From Geosiphon pyriformis uo1 (lineage: Eukaryota > Fungi > Glomeromycota): a DNA stretch of 64,000 bases. Positions within the stretch are counted from its first letter, which is position 1; every line of letters starts with the position of its first letter. The position numbers and the translations under genes were made by a program. Location of the stretch: positions 641,527-705,526 of the forward strand of contig JAAOMT010000439.1 of the NCBI GenBank assembly GCA_016748015.1. The letters are read 5' to 3'. Shown here piece by piece: positions 62,701 to 64,000 of this stretch. The notes below the pieces were generated by a model. That model saw only the letters and a list, made by a program, of their open reading frames with translations, was not told the origin of the DNA and did not search any database.

Positions 62701-64000
62701 AGATCTTGTGTATTAGAGCATCCCATTTATTACAAACACCAACAGAAACGAAACTGAACTGAGTCCTGTAGTTGATGATAGAGAAAAAAACTGCAAACAC
62801 CAAATATGCACACTGTTTGTCCAAAACCGTCTTCCTTAAAACAAAATTCACAAAAAACCGCACATCCGCCTGAGCTTTAGCCAAGCTAGGCTTCGAAAGA
62901 CTCTCAAAAGACAAAAAGATACCAAGATAGTGATGAGATTCCCCTTTCTTGGTAATAGAAATGGGCAAGCCACTAATGGTTAAATGAGGGTCCATCACTT
63001 GGCAGTTGATAGGAATGGCAACTGTCTTGTCGTTATTTACAGAAATGTCATTGAACCTGAAAAATTCACTAGCAACATTAAGGATGTGTTGAGTAGCAGC
63101 CTGGCTGCTACCAACCCAAATAGTATCATCGACGAAAGCACCAGCAGTGAGAAATAAAGTCAGTTTAGCTTGAGGATTTACTCAGCCAGTTTTGGAAATA
63201 AAATGAGAATTCATTCTGTAACCACACACACTCTCCTGTCTCTTGATCTCGCACAAAAGTGAATCATAAAAAATACACCAGAGAAGGGGTGAGAAAACTT
63301 CTCTCTGATCCAGCCCATCATGGACACAATACTCATTAGTCAAGCCAAAATCAGTCATCACCCTGTTGACGCAACTATTGTGAATACTGCCAAAAAATCT
63401 AATAAACCTGTCACACATTTTGATCCTGACCAGACTCCTCCTAAGATGTTTCCAACCAACCAAGTCATAAGCTTTGTGCATGTCTTGTAAAACCAGCCAA
63501 AGTTCACAGTTCTTTTCCAAGGCATCCTCAACCACAGAACTGATAGCAAAAATGGGAGATTGCATCATCATACCTTTCAAAACAGAAAAATTGTCTCCAC
63601 GAAGAACCTCAAAAGTGCTGTAAGCCAATGAAATCCTATCTAAAAGGATCTTGAAAAAAATCTTGCAGGCCGTTTCAATTAAAGCTATAAGATGGGTGTT
63701 CGTGAGAACTTCCTCCCATTCATATGGTTTAGGAATCATCAAAACCCAAACTTCTTTCCATGGCCCAGAAACCAATTTACCAACCAAACAGAAATTCAAA
63801 AGCACCAAAAGCAAATCCAAAACAGATTTGTCACAATGTTTTCATAATTCATTGGAGATACCAGAAAGACCAGCCATCTTTCCATCAGGAAGATCCTTGA
63901 CAACAGTCAACAATTCATCAAAACTAATCGAACACATGACATCAGAGAAAGCACCATCAAACACGTAATCCAGAGGCCAATATTGGCAGGCCCAATCCTC
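59745..64000 (-). mobile_element. LINE copy 5 (minus strand, continues past the window end), interrupted by a solo LTR
   Basis: RT and RNase H fragments from 63820 to 60103, stop at 59881-59883, 3'UTR, T-tract at about 59745-59766. Confidence 0.93.
61159..62025 (+). mobile_element. Solo LTR of family A, antisense to its host LINE
   Basis: Near-identical to 21367-22247; TSD CTGT (61155-61158) / CCGT (62026-62029). Confidence 0.95.

Overview
Eukaryotic, very probably fungal, AT-rich repeat-dense scaffold with N gaps. It resembles Glomeromycotina (e.g. Geosiphon), which is an inference from recalled protein style and not checked. About 85% is retrotransposon-derived or ultra-AT-rich DNA. There are five copies of one RNase H-bearing LINE family (ORF1 with RRM-like folds and a CCHC knuckle; ORF2 with APE-RT[AFVDD]-RNase H-CCHC; poly-A tail; 11-bp TSDs). 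Two full-length Ty3/Gypsy elements (families A and B) and two solo LTRs are all nested inside the LINEs. A small CpG-retaining host island holds two convergent intron-containing genes (RRN7/TAF1B-like and SPT2-like). Main result: all four LTR insertions have a 4-bp target duplication centred on a CpG (CCGG, TCGC, ACGG, CCGT), which suggests CpG- or methyl-CpG-directed integration. These chromodomain-less Gypsy elements also carry a Cys-rich multi-zinc-finger insert, a dUTPase plus a pseudo-dUTPase repeat, and a conserved non-Env third ORF. The TEs show pervasive C>T/G>A hypermutation with almost no indels, and at least one near-GC-free 'desert' is a readable ghost LINE. A 2.4-kb exact duplication and a short LTR-junction fragment beside N gaps are treated as assembly artefacts.
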